The position numbers and the translations under genes were made by a program. The notes below the pieces were generated by a model. It did not search any database. It saw only the letters and a list, made by a program, of their open reading frames with translations, and was not told the origin of the DNA. From the NCBI RefSeq assembly GCF_964204645.1, contig NC_134033.1:8192655-8256654 (forward strand): 64,000 nucleotides of DNA, written 5' to 3'. Of this stretch, positions 11,602-24,479 are shown one piece after another (position 1 is the stretch's first letter; each line of letters opens with the position of its first letter). This DNA comes from Tubulanus polymorphus. Its lineage: Eukaryota; Animalia; Nemertea.

Positions 11602-14600
11602 ATGAGTATGGCTTCTGCTTATATCGGTTCGATAAATGAGTATTCTCCGCAAAAGGAAGAATGGAAAAACTACCAATGTAGACTCGAGGCGTGGATGAGG
11701 GTAAATAAAATTGCAAATGAAAGCAAAATGGACGTCCTTCTATGAATGATTGGACCTGAAACTTTCGAACTTTTAGTAAATCTAACCATGCCAAAGGCTC
11801 CTTCGGATGAAAAATACGATGATCTCACAGCCTTGTTAGAAGCCCACCACAAACCTCCATCCACAACAATGGGTGAATGGTACAAATTTAATATGAGGCG
11901 CCAGTCCTCGACAGAGACTTTGTCAGAATACATTGTAGCGCTGAAGAAACTTTGTCGTGTGAGTTTGGAGGATCCCTGGAGGATCAACTCCGAGATCGGT
12001 TTTTCGCTGGAATTAGAAGCGAACCAATCCGCAAAAAACTACTTGGTTCGTCAAAATTAGTTTGGAAAGACGCATGTAAGGATGCCCTTGCTATGGAAAC
12101 GGCATCCCTGGTGTCAAAGGAGATGTCAGTCGGGTCGACTTCAAATCCCAGTGAAAGCGATGTTAATATGGTCAAATCGCGTACCGGTAATAATAATGAT
12201 AACTTTGGTAGAAAGCCGCAGATTAATCAACAGTGTTATCGTTGTCACGGAAATGGACATTTAGCGGACAGTTGCAGATTTCGTGGATCTGAATGTCACA
12301 AATGTCATAAAACTGGACACATTGCGAAAGCGTGTCGTACAAATTTGAAAAACACTGATAGGAGAAAAACCGCCGGTCGTGTTAACAATCGTACAAGCAG
12401 ATCGTTTCATGGTGGTGCTACTTCGTATCTTCAAGAAAATTCTGTTGCCGATACAGATTATGATTACAACACTAGTTTTGACGACTTGTACACCGTGAAT
12501 GGTCCAACTGGCAATTGTAATAATGTAAATGTTGATATTTTTGTCAATGAGGTTAGAGTTAATCTTTTGGTAGATACAGGCGCATCAGCCACAATTTTTC
12601 CTGAGAGTTTATATAAAGAGAAATCTTCTGACATAAAATTGTCAAGGTCAAATGTAAAACTTGCTAGTTACTCAGGTGAAAATATCACTGTGGTAGGTTC
12701 TTTTCAGGCTTTGGTTGAGTATAAAGGTCAGAAATACTATCTGCCTGTCATTGTTGTAAAGGCGGTGAACAAGCCTCCTCTTTTAGGCAGAAATTGGCTT
12801 AGCATTATTAAACTAAACTGGTCTGAATTATTCTCTGTAACTTCATTTGATGTCAATGATTATAAAGGTCAAGTGTCAAGGTTGGTCGATGAGTACAGAG
12901 ATATTTTTCAAGCTCATAAAGAGCCAATCAAGGGTTACACTGCAGAGATAGAACTTAAACAGGAAACCGATGGTATATTTTTCAGAGCTAGACCTATACC
13001 GTATGCATTTATTAGACAAGGTAGAAAACAATCTTAAAAGATCTGTTGAAATGAATGTTATGAGTAGAGTTGAGACTAGCAAATACTCAAGTCCAATCGT
13101 AGTTGTCCCAAAAAAGGATGACAATGTGATTTGTGGTGATTTTAAGGTTTCTATATATAATTTGATAGATAGTGATCCTTATCCCCTGCCAACACCAGAG
13201 GACATTTTCTCAAAACTAAATGGTTGTAAATACTTTTCAAAGATCGATCTTTCAAACGCGTATCTTCAATTGGAATTATCTGATAAGTCCAGAGAATTAT
13301 GCACTGTTAATACACCATTTGGTCTTTTTAGGTACAACCGTTTACCATTTGGAGTTAAAACATCTCCAGCTATTTTTCAGAGATTTATGGACAAACTGCT
13401 CGTAGGTATTCCGCAGGCAGCAGCAAGCCAAGGCGATATATTGCTTGCTACTGTTACTGCAGAAGAACATGAGATTGTTGAGAGAAAGTTTAGTAGATTA
13501 CATAAACATAATGTTACTGCAAGTTCTAGAAAGTCTTGGTTCTTTGTACCTGAAGTAGAGTATTTAGGTCACAATGTAGATAGTGAAGGTATTCATCCAA
13601 CATCCAAGAATGTTGAAGCTATACAGTACCTAGTCCTAGTAGTGTTTCTGAGTTGCGTACTTACCTTGGCATGTTGAATCATTATGGTAAATTCTTACCA
13701 AACCTGTCTACGTTATTGTATCCTTTACATCAACTTCTCAAAAAGGATGTTAAATATGTGTGGAGTTCAGAATGTGAAAAGGCATTTTTAGAGTCAAAAA
13801 GGTTGTTGACAAGTAACCAGTTATTAGTACATTTTGACCCCAAGGCAGAGCTAGTTCTAGGCTGTGATGCGAGTCCATGTGGTATAGGTGCGATTCTTTC
13901 TAAAAGGTTTCCAGATGGATCAGAGAAACCCATAGCATATGGTAATCGTAGTTTGACTCCTGCAGAACGCAATTACTCCCAAATTGAACGTGAGGCTCGT
14001 TCAATCATTTATGGAGTCAAGCACTTCCACAAATATCTATACGGTAGAAAGTTTCTGTTGGTCGCCGACCACAAACCTCTTGTAACAATTTTTGGTTCAA
14101 AAACAGGAGTTCCGGCTCTGCGTCTGCAAAGGTGGTCACTTATTTTAATGGCATACGATTACGAAATTGTACATAGAAGTGGTAAAGATCATGAAAACTG
14201 TGATATGTTGTCTAGATTTCCTAATCCTAATGCTAAGATGGAAGCAGTGGAACTGGATATTAATTATTTTTCGTATGTGAATATGTTACCTATTAATGCT
14301 GCAGACATTGAGTCTGAGACTAGAAAAGATCCAACAATGTCAAAAGTTTATCAATATATACTTAATGGTTGGCCTAATCACTGCAACGATCCTGATATTT
14401 TGCCTTATTTTAGGCGCAGAAAAGAATTATCTGTGGATCAGGGTTGCATACTTTGGGGAATGAGAGTTGTTATACCACCAAAGTTCAAACAGATCATGTT
14501 GGATGAGTTGCACTCGGAACATTTTGGTATTGTTGGTATCAAGTCTTTAGCTAGAAATTATTTGTGGTATCCTGGCATTGATCAAGAAATTGAAAATTTA

Positions 14601-16952
14601 GTACAAAACTGTCAATTGTGTCTTAGTATGAGAAATGCTCCGGTTAAGGTACCTTTGTTGCCATGGCGACCAACAAATGGTCCATGGTATAGGATTCATA
14701 TAGATTTTGGTGAACTTGAAGGCAAACATTACCTCATTATTGTTGATAGTTTCTCTAAATGGTTGGAATGTTTTATGATGTCATCAACAGCTGCACCAAA
14801 AGTAATTGATACCTTGAGAAGTGTTTTTGCTCGTGAGGGATTACCTAAGGAGTTGGTCAGTGACAATGGGCCCCCATTCAATTCGGAGGAATTCCATGAC
14901 TTCTTATGTAAAAATGGTGTCAAATATACACCAGTACCTGTTTATAGCCCAAGCTCAAATGGGGCGGCCGAAAGGTCAGTACAAATAGTTAAACGAGCGC
15001 TCAAGAAACACATTTTGATGCAGCGAGTTGATAAGGTTGATCCGTCGAAAAGACTGGATAACTTTTTGTTCATGTATCGAACAACACCACACTCGATAAC
15101 AGGTAGATCTGCAGCTGAACTTTTCAGGAAACGACAGTTAAGATCTAGGCTGTCACTTATTAAACCTGATATGTATACCAAAATTTGTGCAAAGCAGGAT
15201 ATTCAGAGGAGATATCATGATTCTGTATTATCAAAACCTAGAGAGTTTGTTGAGAAACAAAATGTTATGGTTAAATCCACAGGGACTTGTCACAATTGAT
15301 AGTGAATGATTAAAACCAATATCAATGACCAGGTCCACTATCTCTGTATAATATAAAAAACAAGGGTGGCAACAAATTGTCAATCTGACAATGACTTCTC
15401 CACTTCAATCGACTGTAATTCCAAAAATTCTCAACCGATTCACATGAAATAAGCTTTAATACAACCTAGAAGACTTTCTGCTTCGAACGAGCCTTCAACC
15501 ACCACTCTCTGACAATTATCTCACAACGAAATCACCGTTTTTTGAAGAGAGATAGCTCAAATTGGAGGTGTACCGATTCTATGGTGGACAGCAAAATGGT
15601 CGTATTTTTCACTTCAAACGATGATTTCTATGTGAAATCTTAGAGATAACCCCAACAAACCATACATTTTTTAGAATTACGTGGTCATACCTGTACGCTA
15701 ATCTCATTTATTTGTATAATCCACGCGATGGGTGAGCTCACAAGCTCAAAATCGAGCAAATATACGAAAAAGTCACCTCGCACTATCGCGCTGGCGGCCA
15801 TTAATCACGTGACGTGCATAGGTTCGGGCTATGTTAATAGAACCGCGACAAGTCTACGTCTGTAGACTTGAAAAAAGGAAATATTTACTAATAAAACCAC
15901 CCCTCAGACGAATGTTGCACTATATTTTCATAATACAGATATTTTATTAATTAACAGAACTTTTAATAAATTTTGTAATGTTTTTCGAAATCTCTAAGCC
16001 AATCAGTGCGCGTGAAATATTTAGCCCGTTACTACGATATCACGTGATTAATGGCCGCCCAGTTGATGACAAGTTGAACGCTGTCGTGTTCGTCCTCATT
16101 TTCGATTTTGAGCTTGTGAGCTCACCCATCGCGTGGATTATACAAATAAATGACATTAAAAAATGTATGGTTTGTTGGGGTTTTCTCTTAAGATCTCACA
16201 TAGAAATCATCGTTTGAAGTGAAAAAAACCACCATTTTGCTGTCCACCATAGAATCGGTAGACCTCCATTTTGAGCTATCTCTCGTCAAAAAAAGGTGAT
16301 TTCATTGTGAGATAATTGTCCTAGAGTGGTGATTAAAGGCTCGTTGGAAGCAGAAAGTCTTCTAGGTTGTATTAAAGCTTATTTCATGTGAATCGGTTGA
16401 GAATTTTTGGAATTACAGTCGATTGAATTGGAGAAGTCATTGTCAGATTGAAAATTTGTTGCCACCCTTGTTATTTTATTATACATTTGCAGGGATACTG
16501 GTACCCCCATCATTGGTCTCATCCATTATCAATCGTGACAAGTCCCTGTGGTTAAATCTAATGTGAGAGGTCTTGAAAAATACTTTCCAGGTGTAATTAT
16601 TCACAGGAAAGGTCTTCTTACCTACCTAGTTAGGGTTGGTGGCAGATATCGTTATTGTCACATTGATCACTTATTTCCCTGTAGTGAAAATGTTCATGTA
16701 AATAGTAGTCGTGTGGATGATGTAGATAATCGACAATATGATATGCCTAGTGTTACTGTACCAGCGGTACCTCCAGTCAGTACTGATCTGGGTACTCAAC
16801 AAGGTTCAAACCCAGATGTCGAAAGTGGAGTTAGAAACTCAGGTGATTTGGTTGAAGTTTCTGATCAACCCCAAGCCCATAGTATTCCTATAAGTGTCAG
16901 GAAATCCTGTCGTGTTTCTGTACCGCCTAAGAGGCTGATCGAAGAAACTTAA
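11602..16952 (+). pseudogene. Disrupted gag-pol of the gypsy element
   Basis: Two CCHC knuckles (CYRCHGNGHLADSC, CHKCHKTGHIAKAC), protease VDTGA, RT (KIDLSNAYLQ, LPFG), RNase H (CDAS, DHKPL), integrase HHCC and D-D-E. Lesions: in-frame TGA at 11743, frameshifts near 11955, 13010 and 13640, and a MITE insertion. Confidence 0.93.
15278..16550. mobile_element. Foldback MITE (P-element-like ends) inserted in the gypsy integrase
   Basis: Ends CACAGGGACTTGTCAC / GTGACAAGTCCCTGTG. Perfect 8-bp TSD GTTAAATC (15270-15277, 16551-16558). Inverted arms of about 500 bp around a spacer of about 225 bp. Confidence 0.9.
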
Positions 16953-17188
16953 ATGTGGTTTTATTATGTCAGTTTTTCTTTTATTACACTTACAAGATGT
17001 TAATATGGAGCTTATGCATTTTAAGATAATGCTTAGTTTTTTTTAACTGGTGTGGAGGAGTGTGATGTATGTAGCTTTCGGTAATTAGTTTGACTGAATA
17101 AATTCACTTCCGCTTTGAGTACAATATATGGCGTTGTAGTTCATTGATAATCGGTCAGGAAACGTCACACCAACTACGCTTTTCACTT

Positions 17189-17230
17189 CCACCTGATCAT
17201 GGCTGTTAGTCAACAGCCAAAACGTTGTGG
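17189..17230 (+). ncRNA. Degenerate minimal type I hammerhead ribozyme (relic of a Penelope-like repeat)
   Basis: ccac-CTGATCA-t-ggctgtt(agtc)aacagcc-AAAA-cgt-t-gtgg followed by AATAAA. Stems are intact, but two core positions deviate from CUGANGA and GAAA. Confidence 0.6.
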
Positions 17231-17939
17231 TTTCGTTTTAATAAATTATTATTTTATATAGAATTCGAATTGTGGGACTTCTTTGATTATCTACAGTGTA
17301 CACGGATTAAAGTGTTTCAGTCGATTACTACGTTTTTCTGTTTAAGTTTAAATGACTTATCCAGATCGATTATGTTATTTCATTTTCATGTCGGGTAGAG
17401 TTTGCAGGATCGAACGATCGCTCCATTCTAGTCAGTATCAGTATTTTCTTTGATACATTCAAAGAATTCTAATCGTTGTTTTCAGATTGCTATCACTTAA
17501 CATTATTCAATGCGCTTAGTAGCCATTAGTAAATGGAGCTGATTTCACTTTCCTTGATTGGATATTCTTGGAGCAATCCTCTTTGACTGACACAGAGACC
17601 AATCTCAAGGTCGTTGGGTAAAATTATGAATTTAGGGATTATAAATCAACGAATGGCATATCCTTTATCTAGTTCGGTGTCTGAGATTCGGAGATTAATT
17701 CGACAAATACATTTAAAAAAATTCTAGCCCACTTCACGCTATATATAATGCTAATCACATTGATTAGAGTGTTTATTACTGATTAGTAGTCGATTCTGAG
17801 AGAGGATACATTTTTTGTTGAAAATAAAGTGGATAAATAATAATCACGACAATTACAATAGGGTTTTCTGTGAAACAACAGAAAACCCTAATAACCAGTT
17901 TTCGGTTTATTTTATCTCCTTTACGGTGATTTGAATTTC

Positions 17940-18304
17940 GACAGTCAACGTCATTACCAATTCATAACTTTCGTATGATGAAATGAGCCTCTAAGGAAAC
18001 ATGTAAATTGCATTAGAATATTAAAAATTGTGGATTAAATGCATTTTATGTAGGCATACTGTTTTCCTGGTTTAACCGGGCATGTCAGACCTTCAAACCA
18101 AGTGACCGAGAAGCAGCCGCTGTTCACATGACAGTCAGCCTTATTACCAATTCATAACTTTCGTTTGATGAAATGAGTCTCTAAAGAAACATGTAAAATG
18201 CATTAGAATATCAAAAATGTGGATTAAATGCATTTTATGTGGGTATACTGTTTTCCTGGTTAAACAATTGGCATGTCAGACCTTTATACCAAGTGATCGA
18301 GAAG
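17940..18304 (+). repeat. Local tandem duplication, two copies with a period of about 190 bp
   Basis: gacagtca..ttaccaattcataactttcg...gcatgtcagacc...gagaag at 17940-18113 and 18130-18304. Confidence 0.8.
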
Positions 18305-18345
18305 TAAATTTTACCTTTGAAATCTTTCTTTTTTTCTGTTTACAG

Positions 18346-18360
18346 GGCTCAAATTCATAA
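18346..18360 (+). CDS. Candidate terminal coding exon of the bromodomain gene (GSNS*)
   Basis: Strong polypyrimidine tract followed by tacag|, phase 0, stop TAA, and AATAAA at 18585. An alternative candidate is ttttcag|ATTGCTATCACTTAA at 17486. Confidence 0.35.
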   Translation, partial: GSNS

Positions 18361-18890
18361 TCATCGGCATTTGTTACACGAGAACAGGCAGCTACATGTA
18401 TAATATCTCCTATTCATCGAGTGTGTAACAGCGCTGGGCCCTATCAGTACAAAACTGTGGCAATGGATTGCCAGACTATGTTTGGGATGAAGTTAGTAGT
18501 TGCTCGGTCATATACATTTTTATTTCTCTAGATGTTCACCTTGAATTAAATCAAATGAATTTTTCTCCAAGCAAATGAAAAATCAATAAAAACAATACCT
18601 CACACTGCATGGAGAAAATTCGAAGTTATCTTGGAGGCTTATACTGAATGATAATGTTTAGATTCAAGAGCCTAAAAATCATGTTCAAAGTTTATGGAAA
18701 ATTAACTAAATTTTATTAAGGAAGTGACCGATGCTATTTCTGCTATCTGGAGGTTTGTGCTGGCGATACCCAGTGTTGTATGAACAAGAACCTTGTGCAA
18801 TAATAGATTCGTTGATAAGATCAACGCTTCATGCTCATAAAGATGTAATCTTAAACAGTGTAAATACAGAGCAAACTGCAGCATTTAGCA

Positions 18891-20571
18891 CGGTGTTGTC
18901 ATATCGCGGAAAGACGGAATCGCGGAATTTTCCAAAAACGCGGAATTTCTTCATTTTTACTTTAAATAGTAAACGGGTTTTCCCACGGGGATACCCACTG
19001 TCGGACAGGGCAGCGGACCGATCGATGCAACGAGTTAGGTTCGAATCCCATTATTTGCAGGCAATTTTATATGGAATAATTATATTACGATACCGTTGAC
19101 AGGGCCAACTTCGGTTTTCGTAGCTAGTCGACTAGTGGTCGGAACTAATAACCGAACACACTATAGTTCAGTCGTAATGTATTTCACAGTGTCGGCCATC
19201 TTGAACCTAGGTCCGAACTGTAACGACCGTGCTCAATTGCGTGGTCAACCATTTCCGGACCATAGTTCCGACTAACGGACATTCGGTTTCATGTAGTTCG
19301 ACTATAGTCGACTAACTCCGATAACCGAAGTTGGCCCAGGCTGCCACCTGTAGAAGAAGTCAGAATCAAGTGGGGTGAAAGAGACCAGGCACCTAATGTC
19401 TATTTCTACTAGGCAAACTTCGGTTATCGAAGTTCATCGACTTTTTGAGACCTTCAGAAACGAATATTATCAGATGAATATTAAGCACGTTCGCGGTGTC
19501 GGACCGTAGTTGTAGATGGTTGCAAACATGAAATCCTACGACCAAACAAGTACCGGTTCAAATTCCTTTGAAATTATTATAATTTTACAGCCGTCCAGTA
19601 CCGGTACCAATAAGATTCTTTTGATCCAAATAATCAGCATAGGAACATATATGTTATAGCAGTCACAAAGTAAACATTAAAAAAAAACGAAACCATTTTA
19701 TAATCTTTCATTTCATTTAATTCTAAAAGATAAACCACATTCGCTTATAACAACAATGTAGACACACAACAAGCATGAACAATCCTAAGCCAGAATTAAA
19801 TATACATAATGTCTATTTATTTTCGTCTGACATCGATCCAGTTCCACAGTTGTGAGTTAACTCTGAGTTACTTAGAATCAATTCATTTCCAATGTTTTAA
19901 ATCCAGAGACCAGAGTCAAATCTTAACTCGGAACTGAGTCCTGGAGAATGACCCATGGTGTCATCACAAATCCTACGTTTACGTACCATCGATTTGTATT
20001 CCTTCAGTTAATGCAGCGATACTCTGTATCACTGAATTCGCAAAGCACGTATTGCCTAGGTTCTCCATTATTTGGAACAGTATCATTAAGTTGTTGACTG
20101 TTGACTGTATCGTATACTGTATGCTGCGGTTAACCTCTCATCCTCGCCTGACCGTCTCTCCCGCCGAAGCTCATTCATTGATTCGGCTAGGTCGTCGGAC
20201 CCTGGCAAGCGAGGATGAGGCAATTGTATTGTATGTATACCCTACCGGTCTCTTCTTGTGCTCTTTTTTTGTTTGTTTGTTTTTTGTATTACACTTTCTA
20301 TATTTTTGTACTGTGTATTGCTTTATTGTACTTCTGCTACCGATGATGTTATGTAACATTAAGGACCAATAAAGTTATTGAATTGAATTGAATTGGCGAT
20401 ATAATAAATTATCAAATACTAATTCCCGGTGTTGAAAACCTGGGTCCGGTGCCCTGTCCGACAGTGGGTATCCCCGTGGGAAAACCCGTTTACTATTTAA
20501 AGTAAAAATGAAGAAATTCCGCATTTTTGGAAAATTCCGCGATTCTGTCTTTCCGCGATATGACAACACCG
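18891..20571. mobile_element. MULE-like non-autonomous element with long TIRs and nested cargo
   Basis: TIRs of about 130 bp starting CGGTGTTGTCATATCGCGG. Perfect 9-bp TSD CATTTAGCA. A related copy lies at 45274-46116. Confidence 0.8.
19103..19336. mobile_element. PIF/Harbinger-like MITE nested in the MULE-like element
   Basis: TIRs GGCCAACTTCGGTT / AACCGAAGTTGGCC with a 3-bp TSD CAG. Confidence 0.65.
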
Positions 20572-20976
20572 CATTTAGCAGTATGTAGAAATTTGATACG
20601 TGTTGTAAGGAGATTTTAGCCAAGTGGCCTATTGCATCTGTGTGTAGATGGAATCCAGTTGTTCTGGGAAGTTTAAACATGTATCCACCATAGATACATC
20701 TGCAGTGCAGGTCAAAAACTGGCGCGGTCAGAATCAAGATGGCTGCCTGACTGCCATTGTAGACCTTTCTTGTATCAACACTATCAATTTTGATCTGAAA
20801 TCCAAGGCTTCTAGCTTCTCTACATAGTTTGCCAATTTTCATTGAGTTTGAGTGGTATAGTTTTAGAAAGGTTGATTAACTTATCAAATGGGTACGAAAT
20901 CTGTGGCCATACTACATGTATATTTGAGATGGGGCACTTTGAGAAGGGATCTTACTGCAGTTTACACCTGGAATGA

Positions 20977-22162
20977 TTTTTAGCCCACTTGGGACTTGAG
21001 TCCCAGCGGGCTGTTGTGCTCACTTTTTGTCTGTCGATCTGTCCATCCATCTGTGTGGTGGCTATTCTATGGAAAGGGATCTTTGATACCTGAGACAGGT
21101 ATTTTTGATGAGCTAATTACCATGCAATTGGTGGCCATCTTGGTGTCATCAGTACTCATTCGTAGGTGGAACAAAGTTTTTTCACATTATATTGATACCT
21201 AAGCATATTTTGTTACCACAATCAATTGGAATGTTGTAGCTCATAACATGTTCTATGATTGTGGTGGGTTTCAAGGTTATTGTTTTTAGGCCAGCCGAAG
21301 GCTGAGCCTATTACTTAACAAATGGAGCGAATTTAAATGACATGGATTCCAGAGTTAAGGCTCTTTGACTGTGCAACTGAGCATATATTCATACAAATCA
21401 TTCATGAGAGCATTATCCAATCTCCAACCCCTATGAAGCTGAATTTTGAAAGAGGGCCTCATTATAATTTGTATGAGATTTTTCGTGAAAATCTGATCGC
21501 AAAAATATCTGTTTTAAAAAGCCAATCAGAAAGCAAAGACTCCGCTATGATTGGCTTAGCCGCAGAGATTAGCAGGTGTTCACGTGAACCCGCGGTATCG
21601 TCTACCATTTTACTTCCGGGTTTTATTTTAAGATCTAAAATTGTATTTCAATATCGTTTTCTGTGAAATCTTTAGTTGATTTGGTTTTTGGGATGAATAT
21701 TTGTGCTTGCACTACAGAAAATATCATTGACAATTGTGCAGAAAGTCCCGAAAAAAAGCTTTTTCTCAAATCGGATGGATGACCTTGATAAGCTAATTAG
21801 CCATGTGCTCAAACTGCAAGTTCAATCAAAAAAAAATATCAAAATCTATGAAAATATCAATATCTGCAAAGAAAAACATCAAATCCAATTCAATTTTGTT
21901 TTATAGAGCAAATTTCAGAAAATTCTATTCTATTCCGCATTCAAATCAATAAAACCAAGGGAAAAGATTTACTGAGGCATATATTGTTATCACAATTAAT
22001 TGCAAAATCGTAGCTGCTGACATATTCTATGATTGTGGTGAGTTTAAAGGTCATTGGGTTTTGTATATGGACACCAGGGGGCATTGAATATTGAAATTGT
22101 TAGGTAGTTGAGCATTTGAAACCACTAACCAAGTGGGCATGATGTCCGTGGACCCCTAGTTT
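20977..22162 (+). mobile_element. HINE-like family A, internally deleted, with unrelated insert at about 21283-21975
   Basis: Same 5' hairpin and 3' CCAAGTGGGCAT..GGACCCCTAGTT end as the copy at 3824. Confidence 0.75.
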
Positions 22163-24479
22163 AGATTAAAATTTTGATATTCTGGGCTCTAAACTGCACC
22201 TACATCAACGATTGCATGGGGGAGTCTTGCGAAGAAATCTGGGTACTGGTTTCCCCTAGTGATACAAATTAAGCAAGTTCAACAGTACTACTAGTAGGCC
22301 TAACCATTAACTATGGGGCTGTGCATAAATCATGTACCCTTGACTTAAGGGGATTTCTACCACCTCCCCCTTAGAAAAGTATGTACGCTTTGAACTCACC
22401 CCTCCTGTACGTTTTCGTGTGAATATTTTGAAAAAAATGTGCAAGACACTATCTGTTAGCCAGCTCCTGTGTTTGGATAAAACATTAACTAATGGATATT
22501 GTTGTAAGTCTTGCAAGTCAGTCCCTGGTGCCCCTTTGAGATAAAATGTTGATTAATGTACAGTATATTACATGTTAGTAAAATGTATATTGTAAGGCTA
22601 AAAAATGCCTTGTTTCTCATGGCTGACGCATTAAAATCAGTGAAAACAATAGATCAAATCAATCAGCAAAAACTAAAAATGATCAGATTCCTGAGATTTT
22701 CTTTTTTTATTGACAAAAAATTGAATACAGATGGGGTGTAAAATGTGTTTATCAATGTCGTTATTATATATCGGGATGTACCATATCTGATTCTGAAAAC
22801 AAGTCTTGACTGCTGCTAGTTCAGACAAAATTTACCTGCTGGTTATACTTAAAACAATTTTAGGCTTTTTTCTGAATTTAATAAAATCAGGTGGATAGGT
22901 GGATTTGATCGGAACCTTGAGAAACAAGTTATTTATTGTAGCCTAGATATGTATATTATATCATATTTCGATACATAGAAATGTATACGGCATTGGAAAT
23001 AGAATATGTTTAAAATGAAAATATTTCAATGAAAAGTATGTATGGTATGTTAATATTATTCTGAATTTCATTCAATACTGTGGATAATTGATATTGCATA
23101 GTGATTATTGAAACAGCGCATCAGTTCCACAGTTTTCCGATTGTTAAGTTTGACTCAAGATTTTAAACTCAAGTCTGAACTCTAGTCAAGCCAAGATCCT
23201 GTAGACATTTGCTTGAATGTTGGTTGGGGAGAAAAGTTAGAGAGAAAAAATACCATAACCAACTTTTGAGGAACTGGCTCCTTGTGGTTGAAGTTAACCT
23301 TGGTATTACGATACAACAGGCTAATGATCTGGAAAAATTACCAAGAAAAGGAAGTGGATCTAGGAAAATGAACCTTAGGATTATTGAAACAAAATTTTGC
23401 GATATTTTATCGTATTTTTCTTGTCATTGTTACCTACCGACTTAACTACTTTTCATTAGTGAACAATCCTTAAACTTGACATTACCAGCATTCACATTAT
23501 TCAGTACCATGCTGAAATACTGGGCTGATAAGGCGCGGAAAGTGATACCTCAGTGAAAACCGGATATCAGTATGGCACTAAGCTGGCCATGTATTTTCTG
23601 TAGGTATGAATGCAGATTCGGCGCTTAGCAAGCAGCGTATTGTAGTACGCTCCACTTAACCAGTTTTTAACATAAGAAGCCACTAAAAACGTATGGGAAG
23701 TTCACATTATTTGACGCTATTACTTTCAACAATATACGTTAACAAACATATTTTGCTCATATAAGCTACATTTATAGTTGTAATTAGCAAATCAATTGAA
23801 AGGCGAGTAGGTAAAGAATGGATTTAGAATATAAACCGTACAAGAAAAGGATGATATGGAGGAAACGGCATCTTGAAATCACCCTCAAATCCACGCGTGA
23901 ACGCATCTCGCCATGTAAGGGCAGTATTCTGGCAACTTCGTAACTACACACAAGTACAGAACTTTGTAAGCGTAGAATCTCGTGTGAACGCGGCTTTTAA
24001 TACCCAATCTATACAACTAGGCCTCGAATTGATATGTATGATATACAGGTTGTTAAATGTTTTGGGGTTTTAAACCCATTTTATATTGTAATCGAGATAT
24101 GTATTGTACCGTACTGTGTAGATCTTAGATTTAATTAAAAAAATGATTTGAGAAATACGTTAGTTGCATATATTAACTGCCAGCTGGTTGGTCATTTAAC
24201 AATAGATGTACCAAAAATACAACTCTTTATGTATTTTTGATGTACACAATGGAACCATCCGTAGTTTTTGATTCAACTCAATTTTCATGGCCACTGAAAA
24301 ACACTGTAGTGCTCATCCATCCAGGTCTACGACATGAGAATCAATTTCTTTAAACGGAAAAATTAAATCAACATGTACAAGAAATTACTTATAAACACCG
24401 AAATACATCAGTAATATTTTTCTATTCTAATGATAAACCCTAACGAAAACGACAACTGTTAACATGTATTGTCGATTTC

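Larger units (their letters stand above)
11444..17169 (+). mobile_element. Full-length degenerate Ty3/gypsy LTR retrotransposon (Mag-like)
   Basis: 109-bp TG..CA LTRs at 11444-11552 and 17061-17169 with 2 mismatches. 5-bp TSD CCAAC, PBS and polypurine tract (ggaggag). Domain order gag-PR-RT-RH-IN. Confidence 0.97.

Noticed and set aside
18731-20842. Two ORFs sharing VLSYRGKTESRNFPK as a gene family
   Set aside because: They are translations of the two inverted terminal repeats of one element.
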